A DNA stretch of 56,404 bases, the filler included, from Bipalium vagum (Eukaryota), in assembly GCA_037834085.1 (NCBI GenBank). It is 3 parts of 3 records of this genome, joined end to end, with 100 filler letters (N's around TTAATTAATTAA, not from the genome) between each part and the next. Parts side by side here need not be neighbours in the genome. Positions count along the whole stretch, not along the records: positions 40,773 to 56,404 come from JBBMKC010154733.1; 2 more parts are not named here. One strand, 5' to 3'. Below are positions 41,560 to 55,823 of the stretch, piece by piece. Made by a program: the position numbers and the translations under genes. The notes beneath the pieces are model-generated. The model ran no database searches, was not told the origin of the DNA, and saw nothing but the letters and a program-made list of their open reading frames with translations. Within the stretch, counting starts at the first letter, position 1; the number at the start of each line of letters is the position of its first letter.

Positions 41560-42847
41560 ACCTTTAGAATTTTATTGTTTACATAATATGAGCGCCATTT
41601 AATTTCTGTGCGAATATTTTGAAAGAATGTAATTAGATAATTTTTCTTAAATATTGATTATATAGATAAATATGAACATCACAAAGGAGCATCTGAGATG
41701 CATAATGCACTACTCCTTTCGGACGGAAGAAAAGACAACTCTTACAGCTCATTCCATATGTAATGTTTATGGAGGTGTAATATCTGAACGAGCGTTGTGG
41801 TATTGGTTCCAGAAATTTTGTTCTAGTGAAACATCGATAAATGACGCCACCCGGTCAGGTAGACCCACTGCCATTGACGATGATGTTTTAAATGAGTTGG
41901 TAACACCCAACCATAGATTGACATGTCAGAAAATTGCTAAGGAGGAGAGGCTTTGTGAGGAAACTGAATTGTTGAATTCCGCATACAATCTCAGAACGTC
42001 ATTTGATTGTCCGCATTAATATCTGCGAATCATAGTTAAAAAGGAATGAATTTGAGTCATTTTTGAAACAGATGATAAGAAGAGGTAAAAAGTGGATCTT
42101 ATATTGTAATGTTACGAGAAAAAGATCTTGGATAAAAAGGAGTGAACCACCATTAGCTTCACCAAAGGCGGGATTACGTCTCAAAAAGTAATACTTATTT
42201 ATGGTGGAATTGGAAAGGTCCCTTCTATTATGTTCTACTTCCGACAAACGAAACAATAAATTCCAAGGTTTACTGTAACCAACTGAAAAATTTACAGGCT
42301 GCTATTGTAGAAAAGCGACATTATTTGGCGATTAGAAAAGGTGTTGTATTCCATTATGTCAATTCCAGACCCATACATCAATGATCACCAGGAAGAAGCT
42401 GAAGGAGTTTGACTGGGAGGTTTTGCAGCATCCTGCGAATTTCCCAGATCTTGCACCTTCCGATTATCATCTGTTTAGATCTGTGAGATATGTTGAAAAT
42501 TAGTCGGGGGATGTAGCTCAGCGGTCAGAGCAGTCCATGCGCATGTGAAGGTTAAAAATCGTTCGAATCCCGGTATCTTTCATTAATTTTCACTAACAAG
42601 ATCGTTACAAAACTCACTCAGGATCAGATTTTCAGTAATGTAAAAGATGAAAAGTTTCACTTGAAAGAGTTTTTAAATTCCAGGAAAAATGATTTTCGGA
42701 AATCCGGAATTTTTTCCATTCCAAATAGATGAAAAGAGACCGTAAAAAATGATGGTAGTTATATTTTGTATTGAATATGTATTTTCAATTTGTGAACTTT
42801 TGAATTTTTTTTAAAAAGACGGAAAACAACTATCCGGTTCACCCAAA
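41560..42847 (+). mobile_element. Mariner transposon, disrupted and interrupted by a solo LTR
   Basis: MNITKEHLR..HTH..RSGRP, KWILYCN and HPANFPDLAPSDYHLFRS|LQNSL motifs. Right TIR-like end near 42820-42847; left end approximate. Confidence 0.85.
42482..42598 (+). mobile_element. Solo tRNA-Ala-derived LTR (117 bp)
   Basis: TGTGAGA...CTAACA with perfect 5-bp TSD AGATC (42477-42481 and 42599-42603). Removing the element and one TSD restores mariner DYHLFRSLQNSL. A box TAGCTCAGCGG and B box GTTCGAATCC present. Confidence 0.9.
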
Positions 42848-42934
42848 AATCAAAATAAATAATAAAACTAAATAAAATTAAAAAAAATAATTAGAAAAAG
42901 AAAGAAATAATATTAAAAATTAATTTTAATTCAG

Positions 42935-45900
42935 TGAAAAATTTGTTAATCACAATGGGTCATGTTTTAATCTTTCCGTACAACTTCTGACCCCTTCGTT
43001 ACATCTAAAATTGACTGTGGAGAATGATCTCGGTAATGCCTCGTTCAACTTTACTATAAACCGAACAAAAATTTTGAAACCCTTAAGTCCTGAACTAACT
43101 CTCACGGCTAAAACAGCAACCGACTTGACCCTTATTATCCGTATGCCAGATGATGGAGACTTCATTGTGAATTATAGCTGTTCTTCCAGAAGCCCCAAAA
43201 ATTTATTTCAGGTGACTGCTTTCCTTTCATTGTTAATGAATTTTTCTTCTATCAATAAAATTTTTGAAAATGCGACTGCGGAGGACCCATGATTGGGATT
43301 GGATAAAGTCACGATTTTTTATTTGAAATGATCCATTTTTAAACTTACGATCTCTGATTTGAATACAATCTAAACCGATTCGTTGTCTGATCAATTTATA
43401 GAATTCGTTTTGAGTTAATGAACAAAAATTTGCCAGAGTGAAAACCGCTTTTTAAATTTGTTTTAAAATTATATGACTTGTTTGGGAACAGATTTATGGT
43501 CTACCACCATAATTGCTGAGAAACTGTTAGTTTAGGTCATATTAAATATTTAAAATTAAACTAAACCAAAAGGTTTAATATCCACTGTGAGTATTTAAAG
43601 TGATTTTTAAAATTTTTTAATTTTTATATTGTGCATAATTTAAATTTGTAATTAATTGTAAATTTAATTTTAATATTTATTTAATTTAATTTTGTATATT
43701 TATTTTAAAATAATTTTTATTGAAATGAATTAGGGCACAATACAGGTTTATGCAGAAATGTATAGAAAATATATTTTAAAAATATATAAATCTATTCAAA
43801 ATTTATAGAAAATTATTCAGAAATATATTGAAAAAAAATTCGATTTTTTCTATTTAAATTTGATCACATTTTAGTCAGCCAAAAATATCAGCTGCACGAT
43901 TACTATTAAAATGTCAGGTTTCATTGTTTTGTCATCTGTTTTTTATTAAATCAAATTTACAGGCATTTTTTGCTTCGAAATCAAAGACGGGTCTTTCAAT
44001 GGACTTTATTAGTGACAAGCTATGCAATGATTTCGGTCGAAATCCTGGGGATGTATTGATGATGGACAATTGCAGGTTCCATCACCACAAAGATGTTATT
44101 ATATTGTTAACAGAACGAGGTATTCCTTACAGATTTTTGTCACCATACTCGCCTCAGCTACAATTCGCAAATACTGTATCATCATTTATGGGAACCATTA
44201 TAGATCGGGACGATTGATTACTCAAGTACTCATGCATAACGATATAGATATAAGTGATTATTTTCGCAACATGAGGCGGTTTACAGAAAAACCTTGGCGA
44301 GACAATAATTTATTTAGTGTACATTTCCATTATATATTTCTGTATAACCCTGTATATTAATTTATTAAGAATTGAAAATTTGTCTAACTATTATTATTTT
44401 AAAAACACATTCAAAAATGAACTGTATCTTTAGAATTATGACTGATTTTGTTGATATTGCAGCTGATATCCATAATTTTTTGGTACTTATTTGGAATAGA
44501 ATGAAAATTTTGATAAATTGAACCAATTAAATATACAGAGTGTCCCAAAGGTAATTGTACAGTTACTTAAATAAAAATTAGATGTCAAAAAGAAATAACT
44601 AAATAGGTATATATAGTTTTTTTATAAATGTACAGAATATCCACTATAATACTGAGACATACTTTCTGGCAAGTTTTCTTACAAATATGGTTCCACTCGT
44701 TCCACTAGAAGATTTAGAGCAAATGAGGTTTTATTTAAACAACATAGTCTCTATTTGCACGAATCACATCTTTACAATATGGATGCAACCGCTGTAATCA
44801 TGAACAAAGCGTTCTCGTTGGATGGTACGGAATAAGCGCAACGACTCTGTGTTTCTTTCTTTTTAAGATCCTTCTTCAGATAAAGAAATATCCATCGATC
44901 TACCAAATAAAAGTCTGGATTATATACTGATGACGGATGAGAGTAACTTGACTTCGTACAAAAAACTGTTGTGTTGCTGCCGCTGAATTTGGAAATACAT
45001 TGTCATGCTGCCACCACAGTTGATTCAGTCGTGTTGGTGATGATCGAAGAGTTTTCCATTTCTTTCCAGTTCGATGAACAAAAGAGACGTACTCTTTTGT
45101 TGTCACTGTTTGACCAGGGTGGAAGGCTTCTGTGTGCATTTCCCATCACCTGTGAACGCAAGAAGGAACAATTTCTTTTTATTCGTCTACTTGGGCAAAA
45201 CCAACTAAAAATAGGCCAGCATTCTAAGAGATTGTCTTTGGTTTTCATCCAGAGAATGTTTGACAAATGCCACGTTCTCCTCTGTGGTTGCAGTTAAGGG
45301 TCTCCCAATTCTGTGTTGGTCATAGTAGGATATTCAACTTCCATCAATTAAATCTTCCCACCAACGGAATATGGTTGCACGTGAGAGAACGTTACTTAAA
45401 TGAGTATCCAACAGTTGCTGATTCAAATCAGTTGTGGCTCGTCCACGCTTCATCTCCAAAAAGACAATAGCGCGATAATATTCTTTTTTCAAATCCATTT
45501 CACTAAATCAGTGCATTAATTAATTATTGTAAGAAACAATAGTTTATATAGACTCAAGTGTGTATCTGTGTAAGGCCTTCTTTAATTGATCAATTCTTTC
45601 ATGGATTTGTGATTGGTCAAAAGCAATTTCATTATTATAAAAATAGATTTCCAAGAATGGAATACGTAATCCCATTACTTTTTAGACACACCAAATACTT
45701 TAGTTAAGTTGATTAATTGTCCTAGGCTTATTAGATATAAACAACGTTCTTTAGAACTCCCCATAGAAAAAAAATCATGTGATGTCATATCCAAGGATCT
45801 GGCAGGCTATTCGATTGGTTCTCGACGTCCAATCCAACTTCCAGGAAACGCTTCATCAAGCCATTGTAGAAAATCTTTGATGTAATGCGCAGGTAGGTGT

Positions 45901-48900
45901 TCCATCTAGTTGAAAATGAAGATTACCGAAATTGGAGAACTCATTAACAATAAGGAAACACCGTATTAAGGTAACGTCCACCATTAACAGTTCCTTTAAA
46001 GAAGAATAGGCCAACTAGGCCAGTGAAACGGATTCAAGCCCAGACTGTGACTACAGGAACATTGACTTCTGTTTCAATAATACTAAGGGGATTCACTCTG
46101 TCCCAATAAATACACTTGTGTCTGTTAAGATACCCATGCAATCTGGAAAATCTTTTAATTCTTCACAAAACTTTCAAGAATCAGAGTCCAGCAGCGCATG
46201 AGGAACAAAAATCAAGCAATTGCGTCAGAGCAAGATCATTAAGGTCACGACAGCAAAGGTCATTCCAAAGACTACTATTCGCAGAAGGAAATGAATAGTA
46301 ACGAAGATAGCATAAAAGAAGAACTTACATTAATCGTTTTTGATATCTAATTTCGGTTAAAGTCTAATCTATCTATATCTGAAAATTTCTTAATAAATCC
46401 TCAGTCTTAAATAAAAAATTGCCAATTCTTAATTCTAAAGGACCATTATTGACTTTAAGAGTTACAAAAGTGAAGAAATTCAAGTTTTAACTCTCAACCA
46501 AGCACAGCTAATATGCGAATCAATAGAGCGAGAGAATAACAGAAAAAATAATAATTAAAACGAAAAATCAAAATAGAAAGCCGACGTTATCTATGTGAAA
46601 ATCTAAATATATAGGCACAGTACAATTATTTTTAATGTTCTTAATTAACAAGAGAACAATTAAAACAATTTCATCATAAGATGTTTGAAATTGTAAAAAA
46701 ATAATCAATAATTATTGAAAAAATCGATACTAGACATTGATTTGAAAAACTTTTTTACTGAGATTTCTTTGATTAAATTTGACAAATTTGTTTTTTATCT
46801 TTACAAAAGTTAAAACTGAAATTTTTTCACTTTCTTGCAACTGTACAAAGTAATAACGGTCTTCTAAAATCAAAAGAGTTGGCATGTTTTATTGCCCACT
46901 GAAGATTTGTTTACAAAATTGGATATATTTCATGGGCTGAATTTTTTAAAGTAAGTTAGCCAATCAAAATTATCATACACTGCCAAATGAATACCATCTT
47001 TTCTAACATAAAATCCGTAAAATAAATTAAATTACCATACCATCAGATTTTCAAATTTTTATTTTAAAATTTATTGATTAAGTCTTATTATTTAAATATC
47101 GATTAAATTAATTATTATTTTATAGAGGGCTCCATAAAAATGTCGTTTTTTAAAAAAAAGTATTTAGCGACATAAAGATGCATAATAATGATATATTGTA
47201 TATACTGTACTAATTATTTTAGTATTTTGTTTTTTATAAAACGAAATTTTTTATGGATCTCTTTATATTATTATATAAAAATTAAACTATTTTACCCATA
47301 AGTCATGCTCTTTTTCATTGTTTTATAAACTACAAACATTTCGATAAATTCTCCTTCATTCTGTACACTTCTTTCCGATCATTTTGGTAAACTTGCAATA
47401 CATCTGAAGAAATCCTGTACAATTCCTTTAGTTTTGACTCAAAGAACTTGTTTAGTACCGTTTTTACCTCAACTATAGTTTCCTTGATAACCCTTTCAAA
47501 TAGTTTTGCAGATTCCAAAACAAGTGTTAGCATAATGAGGCAATATCGGACGAATACGGTGGATGAGTCAGTATTTCCCATTCTGAGGTTCTTAGTTCTT
47601 CTCTGTTAACCAAAGCTTGTCGTTTTTCTTTTAGAGTAATCCAAATGACGAATTTGATTACAATAAATAGTATTGGTTTTTTTAGGGGATTTATAAAATA
47701 ATTCCATTCATATCCCACTAAACATTAATAAAAATTTTCGTTGAAAGCCTCTTGGCTGAGATATTTGACTTTCCCATGGACTGATCCATCTTATAATACT
47801 TTGTCATTAGGTCATTTTCTGATACATCGTGTGGTAACCATTGTCTAAGTCTGGAAACCTAATAAATAATTTTCAGGCACAGATGGTAGATTTTATTGAA
47901 TCGAGTATCCCAGCTGATTTTTAAACGGTTACAACTGGATTTATCTGCCACCTTTAATAAATCTTTATCGGATTCCATTGGTCAACTAGATCGATTTGAA
48001 TCCTGTAGATTGTAGTTCCGGGATCGAAAATTTTTAAACCATCGTTTTGATTGACTTACACTGATCGTTGATTTTCCATATACTTTGCATATATTTTTGT
48101 TGCATCTGTCGCGTTATTGTGTTTATTATTATTTTCGAACTGCAAAATATGTCGAATATGATCCTATTTCAAGTACTTTGAAAAAAAGTACCGAGTACCA
48201 GAGAAAATTTTAATATTACAAATATTAAAATATTATTATGTGAATGTGGAAGAAGTTCCCAATTAAAATCTTTAATTTTCTGTACAGTTATCTTTGCCGA
48301 ATGTGGTCGAGCATTATTGTGATGAAATAAAATTTTTCGTCTAGTCACTAATTTTGGACGCTTTTCAATTAAGGCTGAATGCAAACGTGATAGTTGTTGA
48401 CAATATAATTCTGCATTGATTGTTCTATTGGGATCTAATAATTCCCTATGGATGACATCACATATGTCCCACCAGAGAGACATAAGGATCTTCTTCGGGT
48501 GCAATCATGCTCTTGCTTTTGGTGAATCCGGCTTATCTGCATCGACCCACTGCATACCTTGCCTATTTCTTTTAAGTGTCGGAATATGGTGCCATGAGAT
48601 GATTTAAGTCTTCTTGAAATTTCATCCACTGTTAGTTCCAGTTCGGAATCCAAAACAGACTTCAGAGCATCATTCTGGAACTTGACTGGGCGTCCTAAAC
48701 GTGGTTCATCGCTAACATTGTTTCTCCCATCTTTAAAATTTTTAAACCATTTCTGTGCCATCCTTATACTGACTTTATTTTCATCATGAACTGCATTAAT
48801 TTTCTTTGATGCAGTACTTGCATTTTCCCCACTCATAAACAAAAAGTGCAGAATATGCCGTTTGTATTCATTGGTAATTTCCATTCTAAAAGTATTTATT

Positions 48901-51054
48901 ATAGTCTGGTGATTAAAAATTTAGTCAAATCCTTACCACGTGATCGAAGATTAAAAATGATTTATTAAAACAAGTTTTATTTAAATCTCATTAGTTTTTT
49001 AATGAAGAATCAAAGATATAATGCAATACGCACGAATTTATGGACTGACCTGCACTGTAATAAAAAAATAGAATTAATAAAATCCTCTTCGACATTAAAC
49101 TTTAAAATTGCTTCCACATTAAACGCGAGTGTAGATTTATAAAAATTAACGTGAATTATTTAATTATTATATTACAGCTGGGGTGCTGATGTATTTTGTA
49201 AAATCTGGTGCTTTAGTGATATCCGTGTTTTATAAATGACAGTCATACAGTGACTCTGTGAATCATTTCACTGAATTTAATTAAACAAATTTATTTTAAG
49301 CAGGTAAACATTCGAAATTGGAGTTATAAAGTATGAATCTTTAATCGAAAATTGTCGTTCGATGGTTTCGTATGAATTCCAATGTGATCTTACATTAAGC
49401 AATGTTTAGATCGACTTTATTTAGGTTTTCGGAATGCAGCATCATCAACGACCTGCGTTTTGCAGAATTCCAGTGTGGTCGCACAAGTCTGGAGAACGAA
49501 TTTAGTGAGGACCGTCCGTCAATATCCGCTCCTGCAGCTGATATTGATGATGTGCATGAAATGATTGAAAGAGAACGACATATCACATACTGTGAAATTG
49601 AGGCATCCGTTGGTATTGGCATGAAAGCTATTGAAACTATTTACACCAGCATTTATATGTATATATGGAGGCCTTGCAGTCGTTGGATGCACCGTAATTT
49701 GACATCTACTGAAAAAAATATACTGTAAAATGATTCAAAAAATGTTCCCTAAATTTAACAGAGGTCGTTCAAATTTAATTTACAATATCGTCACCGGTGA
49801 TGAAAAATGAATTTATTCGGGTGATTCTAAAAGAAACCAACAATCCAATATTTGTGTGTCGATCCAAACTAAAAAATGTTATTCAGTCCAGCAGTGCTGC
49901 ATTTTTTGTGTTTAAAAGAACGTGCGACGGTTATAATTAATGGCACATATCCCGTATTCACCTGTGTTATCATCTTGTCATCAATAAAACATTTTCGTCA
50001 TCTGAAGCAGTGTTATTGAAAAATTTGAAGTATTGGTATTTGTAGTGTCAACTTTAGAATGGAAAACCTGTCTCGAAAATTGGTTCGATCACATGCAAAA
50101 GTATCCTGACTTGAAAGACGATTATTTCGGAAATTATGAAGTACTGAATTTTGGGCTTGTTCCCCACAAGCGCTGGATTCCACAAACGTCCCCAGCAGCC
50201 ATCTTATAAATTAAATTATATAATGAACTAAAATAAAAGGTCAAAAACCGTTGTTGGAGGTGATGATTGCAGCTAGATTTTCGTTTTTGTGGCAATAATG
50301 TTTGTGAGATAAATTGAAAATTAGTCGGTGGATGTAGCTCAGCGGTCAGAGCAGTCCATGCACACGTGAAGGTCAAAAATCGTTCGAATCCCGTATCTCC
50401 CATTAATTTTCAACTAACAGTGTTAATTAACCAAAACAAAGACCCTGTTGATGTTGTCGAACGATTTTAATCTCTTATACGATATATCAGAGAAAATTTC
50501 TCATGTTGACAGTCCTTTATCATTTTTACAGTCAGACAAGATCAACATTTTTGATCGGGTCACAGAGATCAGTTTGGCAGGCTGGAAGCCTCATTCCGAA
50601 GTGATTTGCACTGCAGAAAGTCAGGTCGTGTTACATAACCTTGGAATCGGAAACTTCAGTGGTCCGTCGAGTTCCTCTTTGACCATGCCACAAAGCTGTG
50701 AGTCTTCTTTATTATTAAATTTAATTTCTAGCTAAGCAAATGACAAAGTTCTAAACGGGACAAAGAATCCCAAACATTGTTTTCGTTAATGTATCTGCAG
50801 ATGTGTACCAGTACCTCCGAGAGTCAATTTATCTTTAATGGTCATTTAAGTATATTAAGAATTGTGACCTGAGTGTTGATTGAATGAAAACAATTTAAGG
50901 AGAAGACAAGAATAAAACCCGTAGTAACTTTCCGAACAACCGATCATTTACCCACACAACTTGACAAGAGAAAGAGAGGAGTTATGGTGGTAAAGGAAAT
51001 GACAAAGGTTGTCTCTTCAGTTTGCGGTTGGAGAATGAAGACATTTAATAAACA

Positions 51055-51130
<76 letters not shown>

Positions 51131-54100
51131 GTCACAATAGAAGTAATAATGAACATGTTAAGAGTTTCGCTGTTTTGTCAATTTAACCACTGAAATCAAT
51201 CATCAAATCGATGTTCATCTGAACTTGTTCGAGTTCCATTGACCGTAAACAAATATGAATTGAAATGTCGCTTGATAATATTATCTTATTGTGGTGGCAC
51301 TGATCAATGTGCTATTATTATTATTATTATTATTAATTATTATTTTTAATAATAATTATTTATTATTTATTATTATTATTATGTTTTTATTTTGAGTATT
51401 ATTTATAATTTATTTTACTAATATAATTGTGTGATTGTGAATACAGTTTTATACATTTTTAAGCTGGAAATCACAAGTTCTCAACCATTAGACCTCGTCC
51501 ATAAACTTTAATTCTGAGAAAGTCGTTACTATTTTCAAAAATCTATACAAAGCTTTTCTCTTATAACGAACTAAGTCCTGTGTCTTCAGATATCCTTTTA
51601 CGAAGGATTTGGTCTGATACTGGTATTATCATTGCAAAAGCCAAAATGGTTTGGTGGAGGCTTGTGGAAAGGACAGTGGCTGGATGAAATTGATTTATGA
51701 GTAAAATTGAAAACATTAATTACTTATTTTACTACTTAAATAATTATTAATTATTACGCTGTACTGCAGACATCAGACTTTAATATCGTGGTAAGAGTGA
51801 CAGTCGATTTTACAATGCAATGTGTCTCTCAATTAAGGGACAAAGGACAATCTTACCATTCGACTTCTATTTGAAGTTAAGACCATTTGATGATGACGAT
51901 GGCTGTGAATCATGAACCACATTAAAGTCTCTGTTACGATTGCAATTCGTTTTGTTTGTTAGAACAACAAAACCTAGTCACCTAAGACTTGTGATTTTGC
52001 ACTGTGCACTGTATTTGAACCCTCTCCGCCAAGCGAAAAGTGAAACCGTATCACAATCATGAATCACAACTTCGGGGCAGAGAGGGTCTTCCGTAAAGGG
52101 CATTGGCAGTATTTACTTTGGTGAATGTAAATATTTATTACTTTTCCGAAACCACTCGACTTATCTTGTCCTCACCATTACTAATTGCGCAGTGCCTCAC
52201 GTGTCTTCGTCTTTTTGTAGCAATAAGTTTGTACTTTCTATTTCATCTGGCCCCAGAGTCCTTGTTCCCCATCTCATTGTGCATTGTCATGATCCAGAAT
52301 TCGTTTCAGCAGGGTTCCATTTTTCGACGAAGTCTTTTCAATGTTTCTCAAATCATTTTTCACAAACAACAATTTTAAGGCAATGTTTTCTCCCAAAAGT
52401 GTGTCAGGTCGTTGGAAAGCTTCGTTCAGTCTCGTTTTCTTGTTGAGGGTTGTCGGTTTCGACATAGATTATTGGTAAAATTTCTCGGTGTGCAATGCAC
52501 AAGTGTCAATTTGTGTAATAATTTATTTTCTGAAATCATGGATCTGAATATTCAAACAAATTTTTTCAAACCATGGGAAATCAATAAATCATTGTCGATC
52601 AAAAAATACATTTCATTTATAATTATTTTTATTTTAAATTGTTAATTTAATAAATTCTGCTATTTAACTTTTTAAATTATACAACAGATATTATGAAATT
52701 ATATTAAAACGGAAATTATATTTCAAAATGTTATTATTTTACAATATTATTACAATATTATATTTGTAGTAATAGTAAATATAATGTAATAATAAATAAT
52801 AAAAGATCAAGACATTATAATATAAATGATTTAACAATTAAAGATTCCCATGGTCAGTGGAGCTTCCTTTATTAAAAAAACGTTATTCTCTTTCAAAGCA
52901 CTTCATATCATCTGAAGGCCAACTTTGGCAGTTGTTTTGTTTTTAGAAACAGGTTAAGGACCGTCTAAAGATTTTTTAAATAGAAGATAAGTATTGTTTA
53001 AACACAAATCTTCTATTTTAAATTTTGTTTGAATCGATCAATTTCCTCAAAGATTTAAGTCGTCTGTCGAAGAGAACCCAGTTGAAGACTGGCAACAATA
53101 ACCGTGTATCGAGGTGGTAAGGTCTTCTCTATCTTGAGGGTCGATATTGAAATGAATATAAATTATTTATTTATATAAAATATATTAAAATATTCACACA
53201 TTTGACCGTCAAGAGTCTTGTTGGCAAACTTACTTTCTTTCAACTTTACCACAAATGATCCAGGATTTAACAACCGTCTCCAATATGTTGATACATCTCT
53301 CTGAGTTGATTGCAAGGTCTTTTTCGAAAAACGTGTAAATGCATGATGTCGTTTTTCACTAGATAAGGCAGGCAAAATCATTAAAAATGCAGGAAGCATA
53401 CATCTATGACTGTCGGAACATCCGTAGCAAACTGACAGATCCAGCAGTCATTTTGGTAGTTGACTTTCCGTTCTTCAACAAAGTACTTATCGGATAAGCA
53501 CTAAGATAAATACCAAGCTTCATGCTTCATGTCATTTCGAAATGTACTGACATTATTACAGGTTACTATTGGACTTTTCCTCTTGAACATAAGATTTGTA
53601 GATTATATCCTACCTTATTACACTAACTGCTGACATGACCACCTTCATTTCCTTTGATATGTCCGTCAAACTTCCAGATTCATCAGCGTCAATCTTCTCT
53701 TTTAAATTGGCCATGAAAATTGTATTCCTTTTTGAGTCATAACATTTGATGTAGGTTTTCCTTTGCATTTGCACATATTTCCCTCATCTACCTTAAATAT
53801 TTTATCTGTAATATCCTGTAAACTGTTACCGTAATAAAGCCCAACCAATAAGAATTTGTGTGGGCGTTTTCTGCTTATCTTCGGTCATATTTTGAAGTCA
53901 TCTAAAATTATAAAGTCTATATTTCCATATTCGGGGTTCGTCGGATTTTGTAAAAATACCATGTTTATCACAACTTGGAAAGCATTTCCCATTCATCTCG
54001 AATACCTCGGGAAATGATTGAACGTTTTCATTTCTTTTAATTTATTATTTTGAGAAATGTTCTCAATTTTCCTCTCCCAAAAACGAACACTTAAGTCATT

Positions 54101-54452
54101 TTTATCGATAAAATATGTTGTCAAGTCGACGTTCTTCTATGAAGTTCTAAATCCGAGACCCAATCAACCCGGTGCCTATTGCCAATGGCTAAGAACCTTC
54201 AGCGATGGGTAAACGACAAATTTAAATCATTTTTGTTACTGTTTCACAATTGTAAACAATTGATTATTTTTTATTTTTTTAAAACCGGAACAATTTTCGT
54301 TTCAGATCCGAATTGCGGCCCAGCCCTCCTGCCCTCCCTGGTGCGCTACAAGTCAATATCGGACGACAGTTATCTTACCAATGTTGAGATATATTTCCCA
54401 GTGAGTTGCGAAATAATGATGATAATGATTATATTAGTAGTATCAATATTAA

Positions 54453-54497
<45 letters not shown>

Positions 54498-55823
54498 CTC
54501 AGTGTTAATATTCTCTAAAACCATTGAGCTCCAAACGAAAATTAGACGATTAATGTTTACTACTCAAAGTCAACGCGCTCTAATCTTTTAAGCTTTGTTG
54601 TTTCATGTCATGCTTCGTTGACCTTTAATCTGTGCGTTAAGACCTCTTTAAATTGGTGATTGATTAAAATCACCAGGTAAGTCATGAGAAGGATTCGTGA
54701 AATGGTAAGCGTCACAAAGCGACCTCGGTTTTGTTATCAGTTGTAAGTGTAGCTAAGTCTTCTCCACTCTCAACGAAAAAAGACAAAACAGTGCTTGTTT
54801 TTTGAAGGTGCAAGTTGTCACTCGTTTCCAAGTACTCAATATTCAAAATGAGAACACATTTTGCAACTCTCTTGAATGATAGTGAGAACAAGAAGAAAAG
54901 CGAAATCATTTTTGTATTGATCTTCACCTCAAATGGTTTCTATTTTGATAAATAAAATTTTGTCTGAGCTGTGAAAAAAACCCCACCATTTATTTTTTAC
55001 AACCTAATATTGGATCCTTATTTTGGATGAAGANNNNNNNNNNNNNNNNNNNNNNNNNNNNNNNNNNNNNNNNNNNNNNNNNNNNNNNNNNNNNNNNNNN
55101 NNNNNNNNNNNNNNNNNNNNNNNNNNNNNNNNNNNNNNNNNNNNNNNNNNNNNNNNNNNNNNNNNNNNNNNATTTATCGATCAGTCACAATAAAGCAATA
55201 AAACCATTAGAAAATATTATTGAAGATAATTGGACATTTTAACTGTGCCGCGCCATTTCATTGTTTCAAACAAACACCGGAGTGTCTTCTGTAACTCTTT
55301 TAATATTATTTTTTCTGTGAATGTTACTGTGAATATATTATGAATATTAGTAAAGAGATTTGTGAATAAAAAGTTATCTTCTGTGGTTTAATGATTTTTT
55401 ATAACCTTGACTTTCCTTTAATCAGCGTGATCCAAGTCCATTGATCTTTATTGAGAGATTCCCAAAGGCAAAACGATTGATGGACGAACATGGGTTTCGC
55501 TGTAGAGTCAATGAGAATTGGTGATTTCACATTATTTATTTGATCTTTGAGGAACTACGATTCCATTTTATCTCGAGTATTTCAATGTTCAGGATTTGAA
55601 TTTGGAGGACCAGAACGGAATAATCAACAAGTACCAGTGGCGATGCTCCAGCTGCTTTTTCAATTATATCGACGTGTCCAATGAGGTCCAAGAGATGGGC
55701 CCAAATTCTAGAAGAGTTCTGTTAAGCAGAGCGCGCTTGATGAGCACATTTTGCGTAACCGCTTGCACGGTGGTTGGATGCAGCGAAAACTGCAGTGAAA
55801 TAATTATCAGCCCATTACCATGG

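Noticed and set aside
42506-42580. Functional tRNA-Ala gene (also at ~1520, ~25630 and ~50325)
   Set aside because: Anticodon and T arms are disrupted and copies differ. Each lies inside a TG..CA unit with LTR hallmarks (TSDs or PBS/PPT).
50303-50419. tRNA-derived SINE
   Set aside because: No A-rich or simple-repeat tail. Conserved sequence extends 5' of the tRNA, the TSD is fixed at 5 bp, and another copy has a PBS and PPT.
50944-51193. Poly-Ile membrane ORFs (and poly-Asn tails of ORFs 54179 and 55596)
   Set aside because: They are translations of (AAT)n microsatellites.
55027-55242. ORF across the N gap
   Set aside because: Artifact of ambiguous bases.
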